From the NCBI GenBank assembly GCA_964360065.1, contig CAYHTW010000002.1:2251-66250 (forward strand): a stretch of DNA of 64,000 nt. Direction: 5' to 3'. The notes under the pieces were generated by a model, which saw only the letters and a list, made by a program, of their open reading frames with translations, was not told the DNA's origin and did not search any database. Below are positions 1 to 10,844 of the stretch, piece by piece. Each line of letters begins with the position of its first letter. The stretch's first letter is position 1. Source of the DNA: an uncultured Candidatus Saccharibacteria bacterium. Its GTDB lineage: Bacteria > Patescibacteriota > Minisyncoccia > UBA6257 > Colwellbacteraceae. Position numbers and translations under genes: made by a program.

Positions 1-1
1 T

Positions 2-226
2 AAAAAGGCCCAGACACTTTTAGATGAAGCTGACAAATTTCAGCAAGAAGCCGCGACTATAATACTGGCTCCCGAGCCTACACCAAATGAAGATACGACT
101 CAAACCACAAAAGAACCTAAAGACTCGGGAGATTTAACTTCACAGAGCCTCAAAAACGTTAAAGACGCTTACGGCATTTTCTTGCAAATAGGAAAAGATT
201 TAAAGAAATATCTCGGCCTGAAATAA
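2..226 (+). CDS. 3' end of an upstream gene (partial, unknown function); translated tail ...DAYGIFLQIGKDLKKYLGLK*
   Basis: Open frame from the window edge to TAA at 224-226, followed by a terminator hairpin. Confidence 0.35.
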   Translation, partial: KKAQTLLDEADKFQQEAATIILAPEPTPNEDTTQTTKEPKDSGDLTSQSLKNVKDAYGIFLQIGKDLKKYLGLK

Positions 227-228
227 AT

Positions 229-258
229 AATCCCGCATTGCTGCGGGATTATTTATTG
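229..258. terminator. Rho-independent terminator hairpin aatcccgca-ttgc-tgcgggatt followed by a T-rich tract; shared by convergent genes
   Basis: Perfect 9 bp stem, 4 nt loop and a T-run, lying between the partial + strand CDS and the - strand HU gene. Confidence 0.5.
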
Positions 259-365
259 CGGCTAACGAGGAAGGAAAATGGTCCGCCGTTAAGGCAGACC
301 ATTTTCTCCGAGTGACGACGCAACACAGGGTTTTAATACCCTTTATTGCAAAGTATTCTAGATAT

Positions 366-641
366 TTATTGGACAGCCTCCTTGAGGAGTTTGCCAGCTC
401 TAAACTTAGGAGCGATCTTAGCGGCTATCTGAATCTTCTCGCCAGTCTTTGGGTTGATGCCAGCCCTGGCAGCCCTCTTCACCACCTTAAAGGTGCCGAA
501 GCCAGTTACAGCGACTTCCTCGCCTTTACTGAGGCTCTTTACGATAGCATCGAAAAGACCTTCTACCGCCAATTCAGCTTGCTTCTTGGTCTCCAAGCCA
601 GCAGCGCTCATTACAGCTTCGACTAAATCTTGTTTCTTCAT
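366..641 (-). CDS. hup: HU family DNA-binding protein (start taken at MKKQDL rather than the longer ORF start)
   Basis: MKKQDLVEAV...GFGTFKVVKRAARAGINPKTGEKIQIAAK is a typical HU/IHF fold; ATG at 641. Confidence 0.85.
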   Translation of the reverse strand: MKKQDLVEAVMSAAGLETKKQAELAVEGLFDAIVKSLSKGEEVAVTGFGTFKVVKRAARAGINPKTGEKIQIAAKIAPKFRAGKLLKEAVQ

Positions 642-722
642 AATATTATTGTCTATAAATGTCTTCTTCCTCGACCTTTTAACTATGGGTAGATTATAGC
701 AAACAAGCGGGTTCAGGAGCAA

Positions 723-2246
723 TTACCTGGCATATTCAACAGCCCTGATCTCTCGGATGACATTAACTTTGATTTCTCCAGGGTACTTGAGCTCTGATTC
801 AATCTTAATAGCAATATCGCGAGCTAGTTGAAGGGCTTTAAAGTCATCAATCTTCTCGGGAACCACGAAAACACGCAGTTCACGACCCGCCGAGACGGCA
901 TAACACTCTTTGACTCCAGGGAAACTTGTGGCAATTTTTTCCAAGTCTTCCAGGCGCTTAACATAATTTTCCATGGTTCCACGTCTCGCACCTGGTCTGC
1001 CAGCCGATAAAACGTCTGCTGCGGTGACAATAAAAGACTCTGGACTAGCAAAAGGATATTCCTCATGGTGGGACTGCATAGCGGCTATAATGGCGTCACT
1101 AATGCCATATTTCTTAAGAATTTTCCTACCTAAATCAACGTGGGTACCAGCAACTTCGTGGTCTATAGCCTTACCAATGTCATGTAAGAGTGCTCCGGCT
1201 TTGGAGACTTCAACGTCGGCGCCAAGCTCGGCCGCGATCATACCGGAAATGTGAGCCATCTCCAAGGAGTGGGTCAAGACATTCTGTCCAAAACTGGTTC
1301 TGAAATTAAGCCGACCAAGCAACTGAATAATTTCTTTAGGTAAATTGTAGATGCCTACCTCGTAAGCGGCCTCTTCCCCGATTTCTTCCATTCTTTTTTC
1401 CATCTCGGCTTTAGCCTCTTCAACCTTTTCTTCAATCTTAGCGGGTTGAATTCTGCCGTCTTTAATAAGCTTCTCCAGCGTGAGACGAGCTATCTCGCGG
1501 CGTAGGGGGTCGAAAGAAGAAATAATAAGAGTATTAGGGCTCTCGTCTATGATGAGTTCTGTGCCAGTCAGTCTTTCTAAGGTTCTGATATTCCTGCCCT
1601 CACGGCCTATAATCTTACCTTTCAGATCCTCCGAGGGCAGAGTGTAAGCTGAGGTAGTTAAATCTGAGACATGTGTACGGGCATAGCGCTGGATGGCTGT
1701 AGTAATTACATCTAACCCTTTCTTTTCTACCTCTTCCTTTCTTTCGCGGGAGAGTTTTTGAATCATACTGGTCAACTCCTCCTTATGCCTGTCCTGTATT
1801 TCCTCTATAAGCTTGTTTTTAGCTTGTTCCGGAGTCAGCCCGCTGATTTTAGACAGCTCACCTTTCACCTGATCTCTCAAAAGGTCAACTGCCACACCAG
1901 CTTCTTCAAGTCTTTTGGATTCTTCGGAAAGCTTACTGGTTCCAGCCCGAAGCTCTTTTTCCAGACTACTAAGCTCGTCTTCTTTATTAACAAGTCTTCC
2001 CTCAACCTTATCCAGAGAGGATTTGCGTTCTTTTTCTTCCTTCTTCACTTCGTCGAGAAGTGAGTTGGCTTTGTTTTTGGCATCAAGAACAATATCCTGA
2101 GCCTCATTCTTAGCTTGAGAAAGATTTTCTTTTATTTTGTTTTCTAAGGAATTAGCCCGTCGGCTCGCTATTTGCTCTCGAACGAAGTAACCTATCGCTG
2201 CTCCTAAAATCGCTAAACCTGCCAGCACTAATGGTTGGTATGTCAT
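723..2246 (-). CDS. rny: Ribonuclease Y (N-terminal TM anchor, KH domain, HD domain)
   Basis: N-terminal hydrophobic helix, coiled-coil region, KH motif GKIIGREGRNIRTLE, HD motif HSLEMAHISG...LLHDIGK. Confidence 0.85.
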   Translation of the reverse strand: MTYQPLVLAGLAILGAAIGYFVREQIASRRANSLENKIKENLSQAKNEAQDIVLDAKNKANSLLDEVKKEEKERKSSLDKVEGRLVNKEDELSSLEKELRAGTSKLSEESKRLEEAGVAVDLLRDQVKGELSKISGLTPEQAKNKLIEEIQDRHKEELTSMIQKLSRERKEEVEKKGLDVITTAIQRYARTHVSDLTTSAYTLPSEDLKGKIIGREGRNIRTLERLTGTELIIDESPNTLIISSFDPLRREIARLTLEKLIKDGRIQPAKIEEKVEEAKAEMEKRMEEIGEEAAYEVGIYNLPKEIIQLLGRLNFRTSFGQNVLTHSLEMAHISGMIAAELGADVEVSKAGALLHDIGKAIDHEVAGTHVDLGRKILKKYGISDAIIAAMQSHHEEYPFASPESFIVTAADVLSAGRPGARRGTMENYVKRLEDLEKIATSFPGVKECYAVSAGRELRVFVVPEKIDDFKALQLARDIAIKIESELKYPGEIKVNVIREIRAVEYAR

Positions 2247-2370
2247 AGTTAAAGTAAATGAATATATTTCTCATTGGACTTTTAACATGATAAGCCAGTG
2301 CCCCATGGCTTGTCAAAAAAGCCCAGATGAGGTTAGGGTAGCCAGCGTAACCAAGTGTCTTACAAAGGTT

Positions 2371-3117
2371 CTAAGAGAGGCTCCAACGGGAGAAAATGAG
2401 GATGATGAGAGATAGAATTATAGCGGTGGCTATCTCCCAGCGTAAAGTTTTATCGGCAATAGTGTCCAACTTATAAGCCATAAGGATGTCATTAACTATA
2501 AAAACACCAGTAGTGACTATAATTGAAGCTGAAGAGGAAGAAAGGGGTAGCAACTCCAAGCCCCAGGCCAGCTCCACCACAATAAGAGAGGAAACCACTG
2601 AAACTAGTATTTGTCCGTTACGCGACCCATCTGATAAAAGAATATAGAGTTCCTTGAAGAGGAATAAAGAGAAGAAAAACAGCCCCACTTGTGAAGCTAG
2701 AGAAGCACTAGAGAAGTAGAGATAAACTCCAATAAAGAAAATCATGGAGTAAAGAAGCTGAGTGGTTTCTTTTCTCCTTATAAAAAGCAGGTCTTTAACC
2801 CCCACTAGCAGATACATCAGCACTCCTAAAGAGAAAGCAAAAAGCGCCTCCAAAGACCCGAGATCAGGGAAAAGGAAACAGTAAGCGAGAAGTGTAAAAG
2901 AAACTATGAGAAATTTGAAGCTCTGCGATATAGGACGAAAATAGGCGTAAGCAAAGAATAGTACTACTGCTAGTCCTGCCCAAAAACCTCCAGCAGATCT
3001 AAGCCAGTAAGCGGAGATAGCGAAGAGAAAAGACTCAAGCGCTAATCTTAACGTCTGATTCCTCGAAACTGATGCGAATACGACTGCCATCTTTAATATT
3101 TCCTCTGATAATACCAT
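2371..3117 (-). CDS. Polytopic membrane protein of unknown function (start uncertain; the annotated start overlaps clpB 3' end by 83 nt)
   Basis: Multiple hydrophobic helices and no recognisable motif. An alternative non-ATG start is possible. Confidence 0.4.
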   Translation of the reverse strand: MVLSEEILKMAVVFASVSRNQTLRLALESFLFAISAYWLRSAGGFWAGLAVVLFFAYAYFRPISQSFKFLIVSFTLLAYCFLFPDLGSLEALFAFSLGVLMYLLVGVKDLLFIRRKETTQLLYSMIFFIGVYLYFSSASLASQVGLFFFSLFLFKELYILLSDGSRNGQILVSVVSSLIVVELAWGLELLPLSSSSASIIVTTGVFIVNDILMAYKLDTIADKTLRWEIATAIILSLIILIFSRWSLS

Positions 3118-5674
3118 CGGCCAGCTTGTCCAAAATTGCTTTCTGGACTAGGCGTTTAATGGGACGGGCCCCATATTCCGGACTAAAGCCATTCTCTACA
3201 ATGTACTTTTTGAGTGATGGTTCGATAGTTACGGCAATACCTTTTTCTTTAAGCTTTTCTTTAACATCATTAAACTGGATATCCACTATCTGACCGATAT
3301 CATGTTTATTAAGCGGATGAAAAATCACAATGTCATCAATTCTGTTTAAGAACTCCGGCCTGAATTGGGATTTTAGGGCGTTGTCTAATCTTAGTTTATA
3401 ACCCTTCTCTTCACTCTCCGCTTGAGCAACGGATGTAGTCACAAAGCCGAGTTTAGCCATTTCTTTGGAGATTTCACTGCCGACGTTGGAGGTCATAATT
3501 ATGATGACGTTCTTAAAATTGACAGTCTTCCCCTTACCATCGGTCAGACGGCCGTTGTCCAGCACTTGAAGTAAGATATTAAAAACTTCCTGGTGAGCTT
3601 TTTCTATTTCATCGAAAAGAATGAGACTGTATGGGCGGTGACGAACTATCTCGGTAAGCTGTCCCCCTTCTTCGTAACCAACATAGCCCGGAGGAGAACC
3701 GATAAGACGGGATACTGAGTGACGTTCCATATATTCAGACATATCTATACGAATAAGAGACTTTTCGTCGTCAAATATAAAGTGAGACAAGGCTTTGGCG
3801 AGCTCTGTCTTGCCCACTCCGGTAGGGCCAAGGAACATAAACGATCCCAAAGGGCGATCAACTGGAGCTAAGCCTGCCCTAGCACGCCTTAAGGAGTTGG
3901 CTACTGCTTTAATAGCCTCGTCCTGGCCTACCACTCTTTCTCGGAGAGCTTCTTCAATACGCACTAATTTCTCCGATTCGGATTCCATAATGTTAGATAC
4001 AGGGATGCCGGTCCAACGGGAGACGATACGAGCAATATCTTCTTTATTGACACCTTCTCTCACAAAATAGTTCTTAGTTTTCTTTTTATCGGAAGAAAAA
4101 TATTTTTTCTCGTAGAGTTCGTACTCCTTTTTGGCAGCAGGCATCTCGCCGTAAATAATCTGAGCTACCCGCTCCAAATTATTTTCTCTCTCGGCAATGT
4201 CTTTAGCGCGCCTTAAACCATCAACCTTTTCGCGAAGATTGTTCAGTTTCTCAAAAATCATTTTCTCAGCCTGCCATTCGGTAGTAAGTTCTTCGTTTCT
4301 GTCCTTGATTAATTTAAGGGTTTTATCTATTTCTTTAACACGCTTAGAAGTCTTGGTTTCTCCCCCTTCGTTTAGCAGAGATGTCTTTTCAACTTCCATA
4401 GAAGTGATTTCCTTACGCAGCTTATCAATCTCGGCAGGCAGGCTTTCCATTTCAATCTTCCTCATAGCAGCGGCTTCATCTATGACATCAACTGCCTTAT
4501 CAGGTAAGAATCTGTCAGTAATATAGCGAGCTGATAAATTGACTGAGGCAATGACGGCTTCGTCATTAATACGGAGGCCATGATGAATCTCGTATTTTTC
4601 TTTAAGACCCCTTAGGATAGTTACGCTGTCTTCTAGAGACGGCTCCTCTACCATAACCGGCTGGAATCTCCTTTCTAAGGCCGGATCTTTCTCAATATGT
4701 CTCTGATATTCACGGGTAGTGGTGGCACCAATAGCATGCAGCTCGCCTCTGGCAAGAGCAGGCTTCAAAAGATTAGAAGCATCCACGGCTCCCTCGGCGG
4801 CACCGGCGCCCACAATCATGTGAATCTCGTCTATAAAAAGAATGATGTTGCCTGAAGAATTTTGTATCTCCTTAATGAAGGCTTTGAGTCTGTCCTCAAA
4901 CTCACCCCTGAACTTAGTGCCCGCGATTAAAGCCCCTAAATCAAGCATGATAACTTCCTTACCCTTTAAAGACTCTGGCACATCACCACTCAACATTTTC
5001 TGAGCCAAACCCTCAACGATGGCAGTTTTACCAACACCAGGCTCACCGATAAGCACAGGATTATTTTTAGTTCTGCGGGAAAGAATTTGAATCAGCCTCT
5101 TTAGCTCTTCGTCGCGGCCGATAACTGGGTCTAATTTTCCGGCTGCGGCTCTGGTAGTAAGATTAATGGCGTATTTTTCCAGAACCTGGAATTTACTTTC
5201 TGGAGTTTCATCGGTAATCCTAGTACTACCCCTTAACTTGGAAAAAGCCCGCAAGGCGCTTTCTCTCTTTAAACCGGATTGCTCAAGAACAGCCCTGGCT
5301 TGAGAATCAACATCCAGAATAGAGAGAAATAAATGTTCGCAAGAGATAAACTCGTCACGATTGTCGGTAGCGACTTTCCCGGCCCGATCAATAACTTTCA
5401 TTACTTCTTGAGAAAGATAAAGCTGGCCTACGGAATTCGCGGAAAAAACTTTAGGAAGTTTTTTAAGTTCGTTATTAATGTCCTTATCCAGCTTCTCAAT
5501 ATTAACTCCCGTAATCTTGATCACTGGGCTCACTAGAGAACTGGAATCATTAATAAGAGCGGAAAGAAGATGTAATGCCTTGAACTCACCGTGACTCTGG
5601 GCTGTAGCCAAGTCCTGGGCGTTTTGGAGCGCCTCTTGAGATTTAATTGTAAAGTTTTTATCAAAAGATCTCAT
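3035..5674 (-). CDS. clpB: ATP-dependent chaperone ClpB (two AAA+ modules with a middle coiled-coil domain)
   Basis: Clp N-domain, Walker [10 protein letters not shown] and GPTGVGKTE, a long coiled-coil insert, and an 879 aa length. Confidence 0.9.
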   Translation of the reverse strand: MRSFDKNFTIKSQEALQNAQDLATAQSHGEFKALHLLSALINDSSSLVSPVIKITGVNIEKLDKDINNELKKLPKVFSANSVGQLYLSQEVMKVIDRAGKVATDNRDEFISCEHLFLSILDVDSQARAVLEQSGLKRESALRAFSKLRGSTRITDETPESKFQVLEKYAINLTTRAAAGKLDPVIGRDEELKRLIQILSRRTKNNPVLIGEPGVGKTAIVEGLAQKMLSGDVPESLKGKEVIMLDLGALIAGTKFRGEFEDRLKAFIKEIQNSSGNIILFIDEIHMIVGAGAAEGAVDASNLLKPALARGELHAIGATTTREYQRHIEKDPALERRFQPVMVEEPSLEDSVTILRGLKEKYEIHHGLRINDEAVIASVNLSARYITDRFLPDKAVDVIDEAAAMRKIEMESLPAEIDKLRKEITSMEVEKTSLLNEGGETKTSKRVKEIDKTLKLIKDRNEELTTEWQAEKMIFEKLNNLREKVDGLRRAKDIAERENNLERVAQIIYGEMPAAKKEYELYEKKYFSSDKKKTKNYFVREGVNKEDIARIVSRWTGIPVSNIMESESEKLVRIEEALRERVVGQDEAIKAVANSLRRARAGLAPVDRPLGSFMFLGPTGVGKTELAKALSHFIFDDEKSLIRIDMSEYMERHSVSRLIGSPPGYVGYEEGGQLTEIVRHRPYSLILFDEIEKAHQEVFNILLQVLDNGRLTDGKGKTVNFKNVIIIMTSNVGSEISKEMAKLGFVTTSVAQAESEEKGYKLRLDNALKSQFRPEFLNRIDDIVIFHPLNKHDIGQIVDIQFNDVKEKLKEKGIAVTIEPSLKKYIVENGFSPEYGARPIKRLVQKAILDKLADGIIRGNIKDGSRIRISFEESDVKISA

Positions 5675-5718
5675 TATGATTAATTATACCTTTACTCTCT
5701 CGTTACTACTTACCAAAC

Positions 5719-7026
5719 TTAGATCCTTTCTTCAAGGGTCACCTTGAAATTGAGTGTCTCTGGCCCCCGGAGTATCTTCACATTAATAACGTCCCCAATG
5801 TTGTAGTTTTGGATAATATCGCCCAACTGATGATCTGAATTAATTTTCGTGTCACCAAATTGAGTTATAATATCTCCGCTTTGAATGCCCGCCTTAGAGG
5901 CCGGAGAGTTTGGTACGATAGCTGTATTCGCACCATCGGAACTAATTAATGCGCCTTCAGCAACCGCAAGTTTTTTGGACTTAGCGAGATCTGCGTCAAT
6001 AGTGATATATCTCACCCCAAGATATGGAACTTTAATGGAGCCTGTGGAGCTGACAGACTTAATATCTTTCTTGGCCCGATTGATAGGAATTGCAAAGCCG
6101 ATACTTTGAGCACCTGAAGCAATCGCGGTATTAATCCCTATAACCTCACCTTTGAGGTTTAGTAGTGGTCCCCCGGAATTGCCCGGATTAATGGCCGCGT
6201 CAGTTTGAATCACTCCCTGTAGGGTCTCTGTGCCAAATTGACTGCCAGAGGCGGTGATGGTTCTTGATAGACCTGAAATAACGCCGACGGAAACCGTGTT
6301 GCTAAATTCTCCCAAAGAATAGCCGATAGCTATAGCCGTTTGACCAAGTTTAATAGAATCCGAGTTTCCTATCTTAGCGGCGGTTAATCCGATACCATCA
6401 ATTTTAATAATAGCCAAGTCCTGGAAGGGGTCTCTAGCTAAAACTTTAGCTGGGTATTTTTTGCCATTATAGGTAATCACTGTATATTCGGCGGCGGTGT
6501 CTGCTACCACGTGTTTATTGGTAAGAACCAAGCCGTCGCTAGAAACTATAAAGCCGCTACCGCCGCCAATCTTTTGAAGTTGAGTGCCTTTCTGACAAGG
6601 CTGATAGTATTGAATGCCTCCTCCACCAAAAAGATTCTGTAAATCTGGAGAAAGATTAGAGAATGGGTCGTAGGGACACTGCTCAATAATGGGTATATTT
6701 TTAGAGATAATTATAGAAACAACGCTTTTAGAAGAATCATCAACTGCTTTTATTATCGCCTGTTCATAATCAACCGTGGGTGCATAAATAGTAACTGGGG
6801 TGTTTGCAGGAACAGGGGAAGGGTCAGGGGCTGGTTTAGGTGTGGGGGCTGGAGTAGGGACGGGGACAGGGCTGGCGTTTGGTTTAGGAGTAAGAAAGCT
6901 GGGGATGTATTTATTAAATAAATCTTGGATAAAGTTAGCTGAAGCTTGGGGGGAATTCAAAACTGACCCCAAAACAGCACCGAGGATAAAAATCGCGAAA
7001 ATAAAACCTGAAATTCTTTTATTCAT
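5719..7026 (-). CDS. HtrA/DegP-family trypsin-like serine protease with C-terminal PDZ domain and a Pro/Thr-rich N-terminal linker
   Basis: Catalytic triad motifs TNKHVV, DLAIIKI and GNSGGPL; a PDZ-like C-terminus; a signal-anchor. Confidence 0.85.
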   Translation of the reverse strand: MNKRISGFIFAIFILGAVLGSVLNSPQASANFIQDLFNKYIPSFLTPKPNASPVPVPTPAPTPKPAPDPSPVPANTPVTIYAPTVDYEQAIIKAVDDSSKSVVSIIISKNIPIIEQCPYDPFSNLSPDLQNLFGGGGIQYYQPCQKGTQLQKIGGGSGFIVSSDGLVLTNKHVVADTAAEYTVITYNGKKYPAKVLARDPFQDLAIIKIDGIGLTAAKIGNSDSIKLGQTAIAIGYSLGEFSNTVSVGVISGLSRTITASGSQFGTETLQGVIQTDAAINPGNSGGPLLNLKGEVIGINTAIASGAQSIGFAIPINRAKKDIKSVSSTGSIKVPYLGVRYITIDADLAKSKKLAVAEGALISSDGANTAIVPNSPASKAGIQSGDIITQFGDTKINSDHQLGDIIQNYNIGDVINVKILRGPETLNFKVTLEERI

Positions 7027-8309
7027 TTGAATAAAATTATAATTCTTTTTATGGTTTGGTCAAGCTGATTATATGTCACTGGTCTGCCTAAAGAAATACG
7101 AATACTGGAGCGGGAACGATTCTCTTTGTGCCCTAGGGCCGCTACTACATAAGAGTCTTCAAAACTCTTAGTGGAGCAAGCCGAACCAGATGACACTGCC
7201 ACGCCCGCCAAATCCATCTTTATAACGAGTTCCTGCAAGTCTCCCATCTCGGGGAAATATACATTGAGGTTGTTGGGCAATCTATGAACGTCTGACGAAG
7301 AACCGTTTAGCTCCAGGCGTGGTAAACTTGCTTTTAGCTTTTCCCAGAAGTAGTCCCGAAGAGAGGCAATGCGCGAAGACTCTTTATCTTTGTTTTTTAA
7401 AATCAGCTCCACGGCCTTGCCTAAGCCAACAATGGCTGGGACGTTTTCCGTGCCGGCTCGCAGACCGTACTCATGAGCCCCGCCAGTTATGATTGGGATT
7501 ATGAATGATGAATTATGAATTATGGACATTGTTTTTGATTCTTTATTCCTTATCCCTAATTCATTACTCTGGCGCACATACAGCACTCCGACTCCCTTTG
7601 GACCGTATATTTTATGGCCTGAAATAGTCATCATATCTACTCCCAGATGATCCACGTTACAATCCAAATATTGGAAGGCTTGAACAGCATCGGTGTGAAG
7701 CAATGGATACCTCTTGCCGCCTCTAAATTTTTTAATCACTTCGGCAATCTCTTTGATTGGCTCAACCGTGCCAATAACATTAGAGGCGAAGATAATAGAA
7801 ACCAAAACCGTGTTTTCGGTCAAATTGTTCTTTAGTGACTCTATATTTATAAAGCCCTCTTTATCAACCGGCAGATAAATTACTTCTACGCCTTCCTTTT
7901 CTAAATCTTTTGCTGTGTCTAAAACCGACTCGTGTTCAATGGAAGAAACAATAATACGAGGAATTACGAATTGTGAATTACGAATTGTGCTTTTATTTTT
8001 AACTCTTAACTCATAATTCCTTATTCCTTTTATACTCCCGCGAATAGCCAGGTTGTTAGCTTCGCTCGCAGAACCCGTAAAGATTATTTCATTAAACTTG
8101 GCTCCCAAGCTCCCCGCAACTATTTCTCTAGCTACATCGATTCCAGCCTGGGCACGCTGGCCAAAAGAATGCAGAGAACCGGCATTGCCGAAATCCACCG
8201 AAAAGTAAGGCTTCATAGCCTCTAAGACGCGTTTATCCATCGGCGAAGAAGCCGAGTAATCCAGATAAATTTCTTTTCTCTTCTTAGAAGAGTGTGTTAA
8301 CTTCTTCAA
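7023..8309 (-). CDS. Cysteine desulfurase (class V aminotransferase, IscS/NifS-like) carrying two in-frame AT-rich insertions
   Basis: PLP-lysine motif SGHKIYGPKG and active-site SSGSACS. Compared with canonical IscS spacing there are two extra segments of about 13-16 aa. Confidence 0.8.
   Translation of the reverse strand: MKKLTHSSKKRKEIYLDYSASSPMDKRVLEAMKPYFSVDFGNAGSLHSFGQRAQAGIDVAREIVAGSLGAKFNEIIFTGSASEANNLAIRGSIKGIRNYELRVKNKSTIRNSQFVIPRIIVSSIEHESVLDTAKDLEKEGVEVIYLPVDKEGFINIESLKNNLTENTVLVSIIFASNVIGTVEPIKEIAEVIKKFRGGKRYPLLHTDAVQAFQYLDCNVDHLGVDMMTISGHKIYGPKGVGVLYVRQSNELGIRNKESKTMSIIHNSSFIIPIITGGAHEYGLRAGTENVPAIVGLGKAVELILKNKDKESSRIASLRDYFWEKLKASLPRLELNGSSSDVHRLPNNLNVYFPEMGDLQELVIKMDLAGVAVSSGSACSTKSFEDSYVVAALGHKENRSRSSIRISLGRPVTYNQLDQTIKRIIILFK
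7494..7568. repeat. AT-rich palindromic mini-insertion (copy 1) inside the cysteine desulfurase ORF, kept in frame
   Basis: gaattatgaattatg...ttattccttatccctaattcattac with inverted termini; related to the copy at 7959-8030. Confidence 0.5.
7959..8030. repeat. AT-rich palindromic mini-insertion (copy 2) inside the cysteine desulfurase ORF, kept in frame
   Basis: aggaattacgaattgtgaattacgaattgtg...ctcataattccttattcc; the termini are inverted repeats (aggaattac / ataattcct). Confidence 0.5.
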
Positions 8310-8853
8310 CTTCGTCTTTAAACGTTAAAACGACTTTATTTAATTTATCACTCCACTTTTCCGGAACCATCAAGTACCCTTGATGCTTGGCCAGTTCGTA
8401 TAAATCACGGGTTATAAGAACATCGTGGAGACAATACTTCTCTAATGATTCCCAGTCGCCCGCATTATAGAAACGAACGGCATCCAAACCATGGTTCGTT
8501 TTGCCGATCCCCAGGTTAGCCTTAGCTAAAAGGTCTAAACCAATACGCCTGCCATAAGATTTTTCTATTTCTTCCAGTAAATCCAAGGTCGGTAGAGCAG
8601 TGACCTTGAAATTAAAATACTTGTCTAAAATCGGCATATCAAAACGGTTAATGGCAAAACCTATAACGAGACCGGCCTCCTGCAACATAGGAGAGAGTTT
8701 TTTGATCTTATCTTCCCTGAAAGAGAAAAACTCTTGCTTGTCGTAAGAATAAACACAAACCAAAGAGGCCTCTAAGTCTTTGAGATTTTTTTTACCTCCG
8801 ACGTCCATGAAGGTATTTTTAGTTTCAATGTCTATAACTAACCTGTCTTTCAT
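8284..8853 (-). CDS. RNase H-like 3'-5' exonuclease (DEDDy-type, PolB-exonuclease-like)
   Basis: Exo motifs LVIDIET, GFAINRFDMPIL and YCLHDVLITRDLY. Confidence 0.55.
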   Translation of the reverse strand: MKDRLVIDIETKNTFMDVGGKKNLKDLEASLVCVYSYDKQEFFSFREDKIKKLSPMLQEAGLVIGFAINRFDMPILDKYFNFKVTALPTLDLLEEIEKSYGRRIGLDLLAKANLGIGKTNHGLDAVRFYNAGDWESLEKYCLHDVLITRDLYELAKHQGYLMVPEKWSDKLNKVVLTFKDEVEEVNTLF

Positions 8854-8858
8854 GTCTC

Positions 8859-9365
8859 TTAAATATGTTTATCCGCCACCGATGAGGCTGCATAGCTTTC
8901 GGGCTTGGTGCGAACATCAAAGTTATTAGCTCTAATCATCCCGACGAGTTCCTGAATCATAACTTTAGTTTCACCGTTCTGGCCTATATCAATGTGGATT
9001 TCGAAACTCCAACCCAAGGCTGGTCCGCCTTTGGCTGGAAATTGAGGATATTGTTTCAACATTGCTAATATTTCTTTAGCTACATCCAAAGACATTAAAG
9101 CTTCACGAATCATCCTGTCTCTTAAAGTGTGGAACCCTGTGAGCTCTTCTCTCCTCCAGAAATACCTGCCGCCATTACCTATGCGGTGCACTACCACAGC
9201 AGTGACAAAGTCGGCCTTGGTCATACCATAAAGCTGAGAGTCGGTACCTATCATTACTTTATAGGCATAATCGGGAGCCTGATTCATAAAATCTATGACT
9301 TCACCAACTACCTCATCGGCAGTGAGTTTAATTCCTCCATAGCTGTTGAACTTAAGATTATCCAT
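8859..9365 (-). CDS. DUF458/YkuK-like RNase H-fold protein
   Basis: MIGTDSQ motif and a length and pattern typical of the YkuK family. Confidence 0.45.
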   Translation of the reverse strand: MDNLKFNSYGGIKLTADEVVGEVIDFMNQAPDYAYKVMIGTDSQLYGMTKADFVTAVVVHRIGNGGRYFWRREELTGFHTLRDRMIREALMSLDVAKEILAMLKQYPQFPAKGGPALGWSFEIHIDIGQNGETKVMIQELVGMIRANNFDVRTKPESYAASSVADKHI

Positions 9366-9435
9366 AAAAGGAAACGATACCAGTCACTATAGATTAAATA
9401 TAAAAGTCGGGCAAATCACCTGAAGAAGTCAGCAG

Positions 9436-10753
9436 TTACCTGAGTCTATAAGCTTTTTTCAGACGAACAAGCTCACGCTTGACCCCTATTTCATTCGTAC
9501 CTTTTAAGTGGACTCTGACTGATGCTTCTGTGTTGGAGGCGCGGATATTAACCCAAACTTGGTTATTATAAAAACTAAAACCGTCTTGCCGTGAAACTTT
9601 GAACTTCGAAGCCGGGTAAAGTTTTCTGACTCTGGAAATAAGACCATCTGGATCACTGGTTTTCAGATTCAGACCAACGCCAGTGTAAACATATGGCAAG
9701 TTGTCCACCCACTCGGAGAGTGAAAGTTTTTGAGATTTCATTTTAGAAATTTGGTTAATAACAAAAATCGCTGTCATGATTCCAGAATCTGCGAAGAAAA
9801 AGTCTTTGAAGTAATAATGGCCGGACTGCTCGCCCGCAAACTCAGTTTTTCTGCGTCTCATTTCTTTTTTAATGAAATAATGGCCGGTACGAGTTTCGTT
9901 TACCTTTATACCAGGCTTTAACCATCGCAAAGGCACCGAGCCTAGCGCAGTGTCCACGAGATGCGGCTCCTTAAAAAGAGGTGAAAGTAGAATAAAGATG
10001 ATGCCCGCATCTAGGGCCCTGCCTTCATTATCAACAAAGAAAATTCTATCTCCGTCTGCATCAAAGACAGCTCCAAAATCTGCCTTGTTGTTCAATACTG
10101 TACGCTGCAGTTGTTCTTTGGCATCCGGTGCTATTGGATTCGGACCGTGGGCTGGGAAATTACCATCGGGCTTAGCATTGATAAATATGGCTTTGATTTT
10201 TTTATGCTTATTTTTCTTTTGGCCGAAAAGTTCTTTCAGAACCGGGCCAGTCGAACCATTAGAAGAATCGAAGACAACCATTAGGGGGTTTTTAACTTCC
10301 AGAAACTTACTCAAAAAACTAACGTAACTTTTTGTATATCGCATAGATTTCTTCTCCGTTAACAGGATCGCCTTTTTCTTTAACTAATTTCAGACCGTTG
10401 TATTGTTTCGGATTGTGAGAAGCTGTAACCATCATTCCTCCGTCTGATTTCAAGTGGTTAACTAAAAATGACATTTCTGGAGTAGTAATAAGCCCCGATA
10501 AATGTAGTTTACATTTAGGGCTAGCCTTTTTAATTGATCTTATTAAGGTCCGGTAAAGTGAAACAGAACTAAGACGTGGGTCGTGACCCACCACCAAGCT
10601 CCCCATCTTATTACGTTTTTTATTTCCATTGAGAAGAAGCTTGGTGGCAACTAGGCCTAGTTTACCAATGACTTCTTCGTTAATATTTTTGGGGTAGATC
10701 CCTCTCACGTCGTAAACTCCAAAAATGTTGGATTTATTAAATTTGTTTTTCAT
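9436..10753 (-). pseudogene. Phosphomannomutase/phosphoglucomutase split by a frameshift into 144 aa N-terminal (10319-10753) and 302 aa C-terminal (9436-10344) ORFs
   Basis: The N-terminal fragment carries the active-site TASHNP motif; the C-terminal fragment carries the metal-binding DADGDR motif and domains II-IV. The two frames overlap by 26 nt at an A5 run. Confidence 0.6.
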
Positions 10754-10844
10754 ATGTCACCTTCGGCTTGAATTTAGACAAAGCACTTAATTGAATTTTA
10801 ACCTAATTTGATGTGTAATTTAAAGGTATAGTAAAAACTCCTTT

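Noticed and set aside
312-626. 104 aa + strand ORF
   Set aside because: Lies entirely antisense to the well-supported HU gene and has no motif. It is a shadow ORF.
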